Shown: positions 36,818 through 48,720 of the stretch, piece after piece
How positions within the stretch are numbered: the stretch's first letter is position 1
Layout: each line of letters begins with the position of its first letter
Source: Balanoglossus misakiensis
Taxonomy: Eukaryota; Animalia; Hemichordata
DNA length: 64,000 bases
Assembly (NCBI GenBank): GCA_040954595.2
Contig: CM082596.2
Span: 124,001 to 188,000, forward strand
Reading direction: 5' to 3'
Position numbers and translations under genes: made by a program
The notes under the pieces: model-generated
Seen by the model: only the letters and a program-made list of their open reading frames with translations
The model's database searches: none
What the model was told of the DNA's origin: nothing

Positions 36818-38617
36818 ATGGCAGGACAAGCAGTGGTATGTTGTACAGCACCAAACTATGGTGAGAATATAATACAAGCCTTCCAGCAACTTCATGATGA
36901 AGACTTATTCCATGATGTTATCTTAATGTCAGAAGATTTCCGGTCATATCAAGCTCATCGTCCACTTCTTGCAGCTTGCAGTGATTACTTCCGGGCAATG
37001 TTTTCTGTGGGAATGAAGGAGAGTCAAGAAATGGAAGTTCATTTACAGGGCATTCCATCTCAGGCACTTGGCTCCATCTTGGAATTCATTTATTCTGGGA
37101 AACTTTACCTTTCCATGGAAAATTTGGAGACTGTTCTAGCAGCTGCAGTACATTTGCAGGTTAATGAGGCAGTCAGTCTCTGCAAAGAGTTTATGATCTC
37201 AAAGATTACAGCTGAAGATGGCATCAGAATGTACCAGCTGGCCCATCTCTTCTCATTCACTGACTTAGAAACAATGGCATTTACTTGCATCTTGAATAAT
37301 TTCAAAGTGGCAGCAAGACAGGCCGAGTTCTATGAACTGTCTGCAGAGCAAGTGATGCAGTTTTTAAAAAGAAATGACATCATTGCATGTGAAGAGATCG
37401 ACCTATTTGAAATTGCAAGAGAGTGGATTGATTATGACAGAGAAGTGAGAATAGGCTTTGCTGGGCAACTCATGAGGAAAATTCGCTTTCCTCTTATCAC
37501 AGTCAGCGATCTAGAAACAAGTGTGAAAATGGTTGATTTCATGAGAGAGGTTCCCAAATGTAGCCGTCTCCTTGATGAAGCTGAAGACTATCATAGAGAT
37601 CCGTATCAGCAGAATAGAAAACAAAACAGTCGAACTCAGGTCAGGGGCACAGAGCAGGCAATCTGTGTAGTTGGTGGCATGACAGAACATCCCAGTGGTC
37701 AAATGATGGCATATAAAATTGGAGAAGAAGTTATCGACTTGAAGAATATTAACACATGTATGCATGTACATTGTGCAGCAGTAATGGATGGCTTTCTTTA
37801 CTGTGTAGGTGGCTATAATTTAGGATCCTCTTCCAAGAATAAAGTTCTTTCAGCAATGCATCGGTATGATCCACGTTTCAATTGTTGGATGGAGCTTGCA
37901 CCAATGGGTACTGGAAGAATCAACTTCAGCCTGTGTGCATACAAAGGAAAGTTGTATGCCATTGGAGGAATTATTGCAGTATCCGAAAGCAGAAGTCAAA
38001 GAACAGGTTCAGTTGAAGTCTATACACCTGATACAAATTGCTGGGAGCCAGCAACACCGCTCATGTCACAGATGAGTTGTCATGCTGCCGTGATATTCCA
38101 TGATGAAATCTACCTCTCTGGTGGTGATGTTTATATCACTGGGAAGCCCTCCAATAACATGATGACATATAACCCTACATCTGGAAACATACATCAGAAG
38201 TCTCCAATGAAAGTCGCTCGTTATTTACATGGCATGTGTGTTGTGAATGATCGCATCTATGTCATTGGAGGTGTCAATCAATCATCTCCAGCCACTCGAT
38301 CTGATGTCACTGCCATTGAATGCTATGATCCTTATTCAAATTACTGGCAGATCATCAGTCAGATGCCATTTTCCAGAAGTGTCATCTCACCAATAGTTCT
38401 CAATGAAAAGATTTATATTCTCGGCGGTTTTTCCTCCTTGAAGCAAAGAGAAACCTCTGAAATCATCGTGTTTGATCCTTGCATGGATTGGCAATGGCAT
38501 GTTGCAGGCAATATGTCAACTCCAATCAGTGGACACACTTGCAGTGTGCTAACCCTACCAAGTACTATTCCTAGAAAAACTGACGTGAACCCTTCCAGCA
38601 TGCAAACAACAGTGTAG
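36818..38617 (+). CDS. Kelch-like protein B (BTB-BACK-Kelch), intronless CDS, 599 aa from MAGQ
   Basis: Acceptor cgcag/gtataATG places the start at 36818, in register with paralog A. BTB (AHRPLLAACSDYFRAMFS), IRFPLI, Kelch repeats (RYDPRFNCW, LYAIGG, IYVIGG, IYILGG); AATAAA at 39083. Confidence 0.94.
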   Translation: MAGQAVVCCTAPNYGENIIQAFQQLHDEDLFHDVILMSEDFRSYQAHRPLLAACSDYFRAMFSVGMKESQEMEVHLQGIPSQALGSILEFIYSGKLYLSMENLETVLAAAVHLQVNEAVSLCKEFMISKITAEDGIRMYQLAHLFSFTDLETMAFTCILNNFKVAARQAEFYELSAEQVMQFLKRNDIIACEEIDLFEIAREWIDYDREVRIGFAGQLMRKIRFPLITVSDLETSVKMVDFMREVPKCSRLLDEAEDYHRDPYQQNRKQNSRTQVRGTEQAICVVGGMTEHPSGQMMAYKIGEEVIDLKNINTCMHVHCAAVMDGFLYCVGGYNLGSSSKNKVLSAMHRYDPRFNCWMELAPMGTGRINFSLCAYKGKLYAIGGIIAVSESRSQRTGSVEVYTPDTNCWEPATPLMSQMSCHAAVIFHDEIYLSGGDVYITGKPSNNMMTYNPTSGNIHQKSPMKVARYLHGMCVVNDRIYVIGGVNQSSPATRSDVTAIECYDPYSNYWQIISQMPFSRSVISPIVLNEKIYILGGFSSLKQRETSEIIVFDPCMDWQWHVAGNMSTPISGHTCSVLTLPSTIPRKTDVNPSSMQTTV

Positions 38618-40220
38618 TTTTACTGCTGTGGACATAGTTTTGCCCTGATTTACATTAATGGCAGGATTTGCCATAATGGACATAGCTGGATTTGCTGTGA
38701 TGGACATAAATATACTGTAGCTGGATTTTGATGGACATAAATGACTTGATTTCTAGTCTACCACAGCCAGACTTTCCATAATTTCCAATTGTTATAAATT
38801 CCTAGTAATGTATTTGACAAAGTTGAATAACGTCGCACATGAAGTGTTTGCCAACAACTCTCAAGTGATACAATTTCGTTATGGTACTAGTAGACACTAC
38901 AAGTACATCATGTATTTTCATTTTCCAGTTCATGTGATAAACATTTTTATATATTAAAAGGAAAATCTTGAAAACCCTTTGTTATAACTTGTCAACTGTC
39001 TTCTTTCATTGTCAACAGTTTCTTGTGGAAAAAAGTCAGTTTTTGATTTATCATCGGCTTATTGAGGTTACTCGTGCTGTGAAATAAATTTCAGTTAAGA
39101 GTTAAATTCAGAATACAGTTGCGTTGGCTCAAACTCACATTTCAAATTGCAAATACCTACACAGGAAACTCATAAACAGTTCCAGATTATTGAATTTTAA
39201 AATGTTTTTATTCATAATGCAGTCCAATATACAGCAGGGATATTCCATTTGTTACCTCTGACCTACCAGAGAATCCAATCCCCACTGCAAGTTTTCAAAA
39301 GAAGAGTACCATGTGCATTTCCCCACTCATGTACGTTTAGGCAGCAATCGTTGAACATGTACAAAAGCCAAGATTACAAATCATTGATGCCACGCTAACC
39401 ATATACAAAATGATCAAACCACTAATTGGTGAATGAAGTTATTAGTGATGATTGCTGGTTTTCCCTTCCCCCAACCATGCTAAGGTAAAATATCATTTTG
39501 TACAAAGACTGGACAATACACAGATGAATTAATTTATCATAAGTCTTGTTTAGCTTCCTTCTATAACAACTAAAGGCAATCAACCCATTGAAAACATCAG
39601 ACATTCCAAGCAACAGATGGTAAGACTGTTCAAATATTATGTTTCTGACTACCACGCTGGTAGATTGATTTTTTCAAGCCCAACAACAGAGTGATCTATG
39701 TTGCACAAGCATTCATCCTAAGTTGTCTTTCTGTTTATACCATACTGATTAGTTTCATCTTCAGCTTTGCTATACATTGAAATTATCTATTATCTATTTC
39801 CCTTTATTTTTATAACCTTAGAAACAAAAGTAAATCATGTTTGTACTCTTTGAAATGAATACTTGCTCATGACATTTTGTCAATCTTTCTCACCTATGTT
39901 TTACCATAATTTGCTACATTATAATATCGTTCCTACATAAAAACACTACAATCAATGATATACAGTGGAATTTAGAGTTTATACATAATTTTAAAACATC
40001 AGCAAGAAAGGCCTTTACGTCTTGAGACCATCAAACACAAAAACATAACTTGGAAACCAGAGGTAAAAATTGCATAAAACTTATAATTTAGTTTCCTGTA
40101 AAATATAACAATATAACACTTCAATTTGGAAGATGCTGTCATATTGTGCCATAGGTTATGTACTTTTCATTATTTGATAAAATGTTTACGAAATATAATA
40201 AGATACTTTAACAACTACCA

Positions 40221-40379
40221 AATCTGATTAAAACAAATGTTGAGTTTACTCGATCTCTAGATTTGCTGGTTCTCAGCTGCTCTGTTCTCGGATGTCAGCC
40301 AGGACATCCAAGAAAAGAGCAGCAGAGATCTAGCAAATGTAAAGATCAAGCCAACTCCACATCTGATTTTAATCAGATT
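40221..40379. repeat. ~160-bp imperfect fold-back (hairpin) element
   Basis: Arm pairs: aatctgattaaaa/ttttaatcagatt, atttgctgg/ctagcaaat, ctgctctgttctcggatgtc/gacatccaagaaaagagcag; short loop. Confidence 0.75.
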
Positions 40380-43300
40380 GAGACTTAGCCACAACAAACC
40401 ACATCGTTGCTAAAACGAAGTATTGATTATTCAACAAGTGTAAGCTAATGAAGTTCACACACAGCAACACAATAAGAAAGCTGTCTTTTACCACAGCACA
40501 TTTACCAACATGTTTATCTGCCATTCTAACAAAGACTTCAACATTAATCCTCTGGCCAGAGGTCTTCAATTTGTTTCACATTTATATCAATACTGTCAAT
40601 GACACAATGCTACTTCATTGACCATAAGTGACAAGTACTAGATCTCAGAACACATGCATACATATATACAGACCAGTGACATTTGTCAAGCCAATAAGAA
40701 TGCCATTTAGCCAGATGGTTCTGTACGGCAACATTCCTTTCTATGTGCATTGGTTAAGTAGTTTTCATATGGAATCCTGGACAATACAACTACTAGTATA
40801 TTATATGCATATCACAAATTAGAGCTTATATCCACTTGTAACATACCAGGTCTCATTTAAAGCTCTTAATGCCTTCATTTCTAACGTGGCACTCACTTGG
40901 CTGGATATTATTGGGTTGCTTGACTGGCCCTTGAAATAACAAGGCCCCTGACTAGACGTAGGAAGTAAGTCAAACATTGACCACATCGACCATGAAGTCA
41001 GGTTTCAAAAATAAAATGTGTGAAGGATGCCCACTATGCAACTTAAACTATTTTCATCACACAATGAAAAATATAACTATTATATATAAAATACATTGTA
41101 CCTGTACATGATTTATACAAAATGACAACAGAAAAAACGATGAAACCCATTCCCAACTCAGTCACCTAAACACTTTTCCTTGGTCATTTCATGACACAGT
41201 ATAAACTAGACTTAAAATCAGACACAACATAGACATTTCTGACTTGTATTCATGTTCAGATTTGCCCATTATTTTTCCCCAACTATCTATGGCACAATAC
41301 ATGAAATCCAAGTACTGGAATAGTGGTCAGCATAAGTAAAGACACTGTGTCATGTTATTGTATACACAACTCCAGCAATTGTTGTCAGTCCATTATACGA
41401 CAAGACAGACTTTATGTGAAATTCATGATGTACTGACCCTATGCTTTGAGACTAGAAACACAATTCTCTTAGCTAAACTGGTTTTAACATTTGTCTCTTT
41501 CTTAAGTTTTCACTCATTTCTACAATGTTTTAGATAAATAAATGATGAGTACCTCCTTCCATAGCAAACAAGACAAAGCTTAGGATACACAATTCAAAGT
41601 GGACAGTGACATAAGAAGCGTTCAAGAAGACGCACTAATAGCTGAGGTCTAAGCATATACATGATTACTCTCTTCCATTATTTATAGTTTTCACTTTTCA
41701 CGAAAGTTCATTTACAAAAATAATCAATTTCAAAACAACTTAAGTTGAAACTATGCAGTTTTAAACAAAAATAAACAATATTTGCAAAAAAAAACATGCA
41801 ACCTGCCTCTGTAAGCACCAGATTATTACGGCAGTCATATTGTGGATGGATCAAAGCCCTAACCCTAGTTTTCTTTGTACTCTTTTAATTAAGAACCACA
41901 AAACAGTCAACCCAGTTAAACTCTTTGGTTTCTTGTCAGGATGATACGAGCACTTCATCAAACGCAACTCTGAACTCAAAATTATTCTGTTGAAACATAA
42001 TTTTTTGCATTTACAGATGATTCTACGACTACAAATTCAAAACAAAAATTGACCCATAACCAATGAATCAGTCAAATGCTCAGTTTGGCATACAAGGAAC
42101 AGTTTATAATAATTCCTGTAGTTAGAAAAGCAGGTGATTTTAATAACCACAATTTTTTTTATAGATAAGACAGTGTACATTTATTTACATATAGTGATGG
42201 TGAAATGTGGGGTCGAGCTACTGATACTCATTCGTTTTGTTTAGATCAAATTAATGTGGGTTTTTATTGCTACATCAAACTATATGTAGAGCTGTCAATT
42301 TTGTGCTTGTAGTGGTACTACACAACATTCATTTAGATGTGAAATTTATGGTTTTAATAACAAGGTAACACAGCTGTCGCATACACTTCTTTTGTTGCAG
42401 ATGAGCAAAAATATAACTTTCATATTTTAAGTTGGGATGTTAAGATATGGTAAAATGGTATCGTTTATAGCCCTATTTTTAACCCACAAGATGTTACATG
42501 TAAACCAACAATTTTTGAGGTATTACTATTCTATATTAAGTAATTACTGTGAGTTGGCCAAGTATTGATGTGAAGATCAAAGTCTCTTATGTTTTATCCA
42601 CCTTCTTTGAATAAGATAAGTATTTACATCCATTCCCCCAAATGCAGTGTTGCATGATTAAAATTTTGTTAGCGACAATCTCCCTGGTAGCATGCATGCA
42701 TTATCTGTCTCAGTGGATAGAATATCATGATTATATAAGTATAAACATCTCAAATACTACATGCAGTCTGTGTGCAGACTCCTGCAATATTCAACCTAAT
42801 CATCCTCTGAATATGTGACCATGCTTTCCAAAATCTGCAACTTAGTTGCTGCCATGATTTTGCCTATGTCACCAAATGTTGCGAACCAGTGGCCAGTGGT
42901 TGCATACAAGTGTCCAGTCAAACACAAAGGCACACACCAATAGCTACCCACCAGTGTCCAGTCAAAGGCAATCAAATAGCTGTGTTGGTGCCAAGTCATT
43001 AAACATATACTTTTGAAGACACAAATAAAATTATTTGCACATAATATTAAATTTGAAACCACATTTGAAAACACAGCAATTGGGAGATCAGTCTTGTATA
43101 AAACTATTCTTCAATATAAAATATTTGAAAAGATTCTCTTTGGTGTATGGTGTAGTATATCTTATACAAAACATACCATAAGCTTCCAATGATTGCTTCT
43201 CTACTGCTTGGCATTATTTTAAATCCCCAATCCCCTGACTATAAGTGACTTTTTGTAAATACTCACTGGTTTAAGGATCTTAGACTCTGTACTGGTAAGC

Positions 43301-43563
43301 CTTAGAGTTAGATTTTGTTCAGATATGGCAATTATGAAACCTCTCATCTGCATGTGTGAATCTCTATCCTACCTGGGAAAAGAAAGTGCAATATAAAATC
43401 TCAATGCAGAATAATACATTTCATATAGTCAAACTACACTGTAAAATTATTATGTATGGACAAGAGCCCTATGTGCAGTGTACAGGGCAAGCCTTAGATG
43501 AATATTGTACCTTACGTGTGGACCCAGAGTCCATACATAGCTGTATTTTATACAACATAACTA

Positions 43564-43653
43564 CAGTGTTTTTGCTAAGGTCGGGGAACATAGGTAAATG
43601 GCCGGGGAACTCGGGTAACAATAACCGGGGTACCGGCCTTAACAAAAACACTG
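43564..43653. mobile_element. 90-bp MITE with 17-bp TIR and a 5-bp flanking direct repeat (aacta)
   Basis: aacta|cagtgtttttgctaagg ... ccttaacaaaaacactg|aacta; the TIRs differ at 1 of 17 positions. Confidence 0.8.
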
Positions 43654-44198
43654 AACTATTATATGGTTCTGACATTGAGAGCTCAGATATAATTTTGAGG
43701 GGTGAAGTTCTGTTTGTAATAACTGAATAAAATTGTTACCAAATCATGCCAATGATCTGGCATCCAGCCCAAAACAGGACATTTCATGCATATATACATA
43801 TCAATCTGATCACCATATTGGGACTCTGTGTACAGTACAAATATGGAAATGTATTGCATGATAGATGCTATAGGCAACAGCAATAGATGTATAATAATTT
43901 TGTTTTTGTTCTTTTGTTTTTTCATAAGACATGTACTAATGTCACCATTTTTTTTCTACGAAAGAATTATGGAAGTACTGCTTCTATCAATGTTTTGCAA
44001 CCCAACAATTCATCCTGTCCTTTCTACTTCTATATTTTCACGATCATGTAACTACCTACAACTGACTCCAGAAAAACCTGAGTTTCATTTATGTATTTGT
44101 TTTTCGCAATCTTCAAAGTTACATTTTGGTTCCCAGTTGCTGTGTTTCCTTACATGTGATTTAGAAACTCAAGAAAAGAAAGCACATAGCCAGGTTGT

Positions 44199-47100
44199 CT
44201 ACAACTTGATGTCTTCAGCACTGTTACTAAGGTTGGCTAGTGTTTTCTTGATCCGTAGAGCAGTTAGTCGGGCAGCTCCATTGTGGTACCAGCATTCCTT
44301 CATTAGCTTGGCCATAACTCGGAGTACCTGTGGATCGACAAGAAGACATCACAGAATGAATGATTGTTTGTTACATCTGACAACAAATCAGGGTTCTATG
44401 CATTTCATTATAGTGGTGCTAGCTGCTATGCTATATTTTCTTGATGGTATTTTTTTGGAATATGGAATTTAGAAATGCAAACAGTGACATCCACACAACT
44501 GATTGTGCATGGCATCACTGAACAAGAAATATATTTGGAACAGCACTGTGGAATAACTTCCTGCATACAAACCATGAGGACACAATAAGATCATAAAGAC
44601 ATGTGATTACCTCATGACTCATCCATCTATTGGGTATGTCTGGTCTCTGTTTGTCCACACATACAAATTTCCTCATGTCTTCTATTGATGGATCAGAAGG
44701 CACCTTGTCATAGTATGGTAATTGGTACTCTTCATAGATGCCTAGGAAAGATGCATACAATACATGAGACATGAGTTGGCTGCCATGCAATGAATAATAG
44801 AGAGATGGATGGAACTAGAGATGGATAGATGGGTGGCAACACATACAATGTCTACTCTTGCATTCATCATTACATCATTTCACTATGAAAATCCAAATTG
44901 GAAAATATAAAAGAGACATACCATCCACATTGCACCTCCTGCTGATTTCCCACAGAACTAAACCCAAGGCATAAACATCAGCTCTTTTGAATGATTCAAA
45001 ATGATTCATGTTGATGGTTTCATCCAATACTTCAGGTGCCATGTATCTTTTGGTTCCAACTCTGTTGTTTGGTGCAATATCTACAGTGTCTGTAGTCGCA
45101 TCATGCCTTACTGCCAATCCTAAATCTGCTATTGCACACTGTCCATTCCGTTTGACTAATATGTTTTTACTTTTCAGGTCTCTATGTGCTATGGCTGGCT
45201 TGCCTGTGGTAGAAAACAAAACATGAAATAAATGACACTCTGGTCTTTGTACAAAGTTAGAAGAAAACTGGCTCAGGATTGGTTGAGTAACGAGTAACTG
45301 TTTTGGACTGACACACACAACTCAGTGAAAAGTCTCCCACACAACATGTAATTCCATGGCAACTAAAAAGTAAATACTGGCCCTAGCCTGTATGCTCATT
45401 TTGTTAACTGACCGATTCAAACTCACCTTGAGTTCCAACAATTTCCATATGTAAATGAGCCAACCCACTAGCTGTTGACAGGGCCAGTTTGATAGTTCCA
45501 GCAATGTCCACTATACACCTATTCAGGTAGTCATAAAGTGAACCATTCTCATGATAATCAGATACCAACCAAAGCTGTGTCCATGTCCCGCTATCTGTAA
45601 ATTGTCAAAATCAAATGGATCAACCCCTTTGTGGCTTACAATTTGTCACGTGTCCTAGATGCACACAGTCCTATTATATGGTGAAACGTGTGGAAAAGCG
45701 GCATTATTGAATTCAATCAACCTTTTTGATTTGCATAAGATTTAGCAAAAATGCAGATATGATGACCGTAAGTTGCCAACATGTGGTAAGTTGGATAATT
45801 ATATTTGACAAGGATGCCGATTTGCGAACCTCGATTATGACCTACCTTTATTATCAGCAGCAATAAATCCTAGAATGTTTTCATTTCTCAACATCACTGT
45901 TTGGTATATTTCAGCTTCCCTGAACCATGACCTTTCTTCTCTGGAAGAGAAAATCTTGACTGCTACATTTTCTCCCCTCCACCGCCCCTTCCAGACTTCA
46001 CCAAACCTTCCTTTTCCAATCATATCTACCAGTTGAATCTGTCTGGCTATGGTCCTCTGCACCAACAATGGCAACCCTGCAAGACAAATTCGTCAGTGAA
46101 GCAACTTTTGTGACAAGACAATGCATGACAAAATTCAGAAGTTAACTAGCCACCTGGGAATGTTGCAAACGGGTAAAAAAGATAAATGGATTCAAATTAT
46201 TACCTGATCCTGATCCAGAGGTGGAGAGATCCATCATGATTTCTTTCAAAGACTGTCCAGCTGGCATGAGAGGATTTTCCACATCACTACTGGAATCAAT
46301 AGGAAGTCTAACTGGTGGTCGTATTCTAGTTTGCCAAACACACAGTGTGATCATCAACATGAGACAAATGAAGCATATAGGACCAGAAATGACTGCTGCT
46401 AACTCCACCGAACCAAATCTCCGACCCATTTGGTGTGTCTGTGGATCTGTAGAAAGAAAACAAATGTGTATGTCAACAGCACTTTATGACCAGACAAAAA
46501 TTGGTCAGACCAAACTGTAGCAATGGACAAAATATGTGCATTTATCATGCCTCAGGATTATTATTTCAATGACATGAGTTATGATTCAACTTACTTGGAG
46601 TGGTGGATGGCACTGGAGGTAGAACTATTTGTTTCAATAGGTCTACATTACACATATCTTTGTCATTACAGCAGTTCACTTTCATTTGTGATTCTGGCAA
46701 AGATGACAAGCACGCAAATGGCTTTTCTGGTGGCTGTAGACTTTTCTTATCAATACATCTTGCCCCTTCCTTGATCTCATCTCCTTCTCGTCTCTTTTCA
46801 GCCATACAGACACCATCTGTTTGGCATGTGTTGTTGTTGTTGTGACAGATGTCACATAGACACAGTAAACCTGAAATACAACATGATCATATATGTCATA
46901 CAGTCAAGCACATCACATGTATTGTACACCAGAGTGATTGGCTATGAAAACCATTTCAAAAGGGATTCACGCATCACAAAGAATTCTGCATCTCAACAAG
47001 GGTCATAACCCAAAACAATAAATCAAGGCAAGGAACAATTTGTTGACCAAGAGGCCAGGTGAAATTTCCAGATGGTGAGAAACTCCGTACTTTTGCATAC

Positions 47101-48554
47101 ATGTACACGTAAAATTCAACACAGTTGTCGGTCATTTTCTCTACTCTATACATGAAGATGATCAATCAATAAATAAATAAACAAACAAACACACAAACAA
47201 ATGAGGTAGTGAAAGGTGTGATCACATGTTGTTATAGAGTAAAATGATGAGTAGGACCGAGTTAAGATTTGAGTGATAACATTAGCTCCGAAGGATAGTT
47301 TTGATACCTTTCCAGTTGACCTTGGTCTTCCCTGATAAAATTTTCAATGAAAAACAAAGGCTTCTACATACATAAACATTCAACAAGGACTAATGAGAGA
47401 ACCAAGGATTGAAAACTGCTATAGGAATATGACACTTGACATGATTATATATTTCCAGAACAAGATGGCATCTAATAAAAGGTATTCTCCATAAGTTTGT
47501 CATGAATATGCAGATACATGTATGCCATCTTGTTCTGGGGAATGACACACTAATCATTCATGACACTTTTATATCACCTACTGGAGAGTTAATCAATAGA
47601 GATTGTTTACCACACTTTATACACAATTTACATGTCAGTTCAAGATTGAAAGCGTGTTTATTTTACTATATAAAGTGTACATAAATTGTGGTATACATGC
47701 ACAAGATTTATGTAAACTGTAGTTAAGTTATAAAATTCATGCAGCCCTTATTATAGTGTACATTGTATATATCTAATTTCCTGTTTACAGTACACTTGGC
47801 AAGTTGGCAAATGATAACACATTTTCTATTGCGTATGAGTTACAGGCAGCGATGCACACAAATTCAGCGAGACAGGTATGTGTGCACATCAAAACTGTTC
47901 GATGACAAACGTGTACATGTATTTCTCATGTGATACCAGAAACGTACAAGGTTATCACTACCGCTTGTAAATTGCAATGTGTTTACAAACAACACATTAT
48001 GCACGTACGCATACGCATGCGACAATGCTGAAACTTTTACGCCAGGGTTCGAATAAGATAACGTCGAACAACACAAATATCGAGCGACACTAGAACATAA
48101 GAAACCCGGTCATTGCGTTCACTTCGCAAACCAAGGTTACATGGTGTAATAAACGTAGTACGTGATGAGTTAGTGATGAAGATTTTTTATTAGTGTGGAC
48201 ATCTCTATATAACTGACCACTGTGGAAATATCCTGATGTTTTTATCTTAACCTGAACAGCCCATGATTATAACACATACTAATCGAAAAAATAAGAGTTA
48301 ACAGGGGTGAATCTGGCATCTGATGAACGAAATTCCTCAGCTCTGACGATATTTGCCTCAACGCGGTCGCCATATTGGATTAGAGTGTAACCCTGCCATG
48401 TTCAAAACCTATCGTATGTTTTGGTGCGATTCGATGGAAATAGAGCACATTTTCTGGCGACCACTGGCTTGAAAACGTTTTGACATCACTTACCTGAGAC
48501 GCATACACAATGTCCAACTGCAAGAAGTGCTACTATGAGGAGAATTTTCGACAT
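44199..48554 (-). CDS. TGFBR1: TGF-beta/activin/Nodal type I receptor ALK4/5/7 (TGFBR1/ACVR1B/ACVR1C co-ortholog), 506 aa
   Basis: Eight phase-consistent exons: 48494-48554 (signal peptide), 46595-46870 (Cys-rich ectodomain, CCNDKDMCN), 46204-46446 (TM, STSGSGS), 45846-46076 ([14 protein letters not shown]..), 45427-45594, 44922-45203 ([17 protein letters not shown]), 44611-44741, 44199-44327. The L45 loop [14 protein letters not shown] is the Smad2/3-activating type. Confidence 0.96.
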
Positions 48555-48720
48555 ATTTGTTGTCCTTTCACCTCTCAAACGTAGTTCACATCATTTCTTC
48601 GGATACAGTTTGACGCACTTAGCCAACGCACTCAAACGTGGCCAATATATCAATCCGCGACGCTTACTTCCGGGTGCGGGTCTACCTTGGCAACCCTAAT
48701 ATAGTTGTCGCAGTATTAAT
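48555..48720 (-). promoter_or_regulatory. Putative ALK4/5/7 5' UTR/proximal promoter
   Basis: CpG-rich patch with an ETS-like acttccgg at about 48666-48673, immediately upstream of the signal-peptide exon. Confidence 0.4.

Noticed and set aside
43828-44472. 214-aa plus-strand ORF
   Set aside because: Antisense to the last ALK4/5/7 exon and UTR; no recognisable domain; composition typical of non-coding AT-rich DNA.
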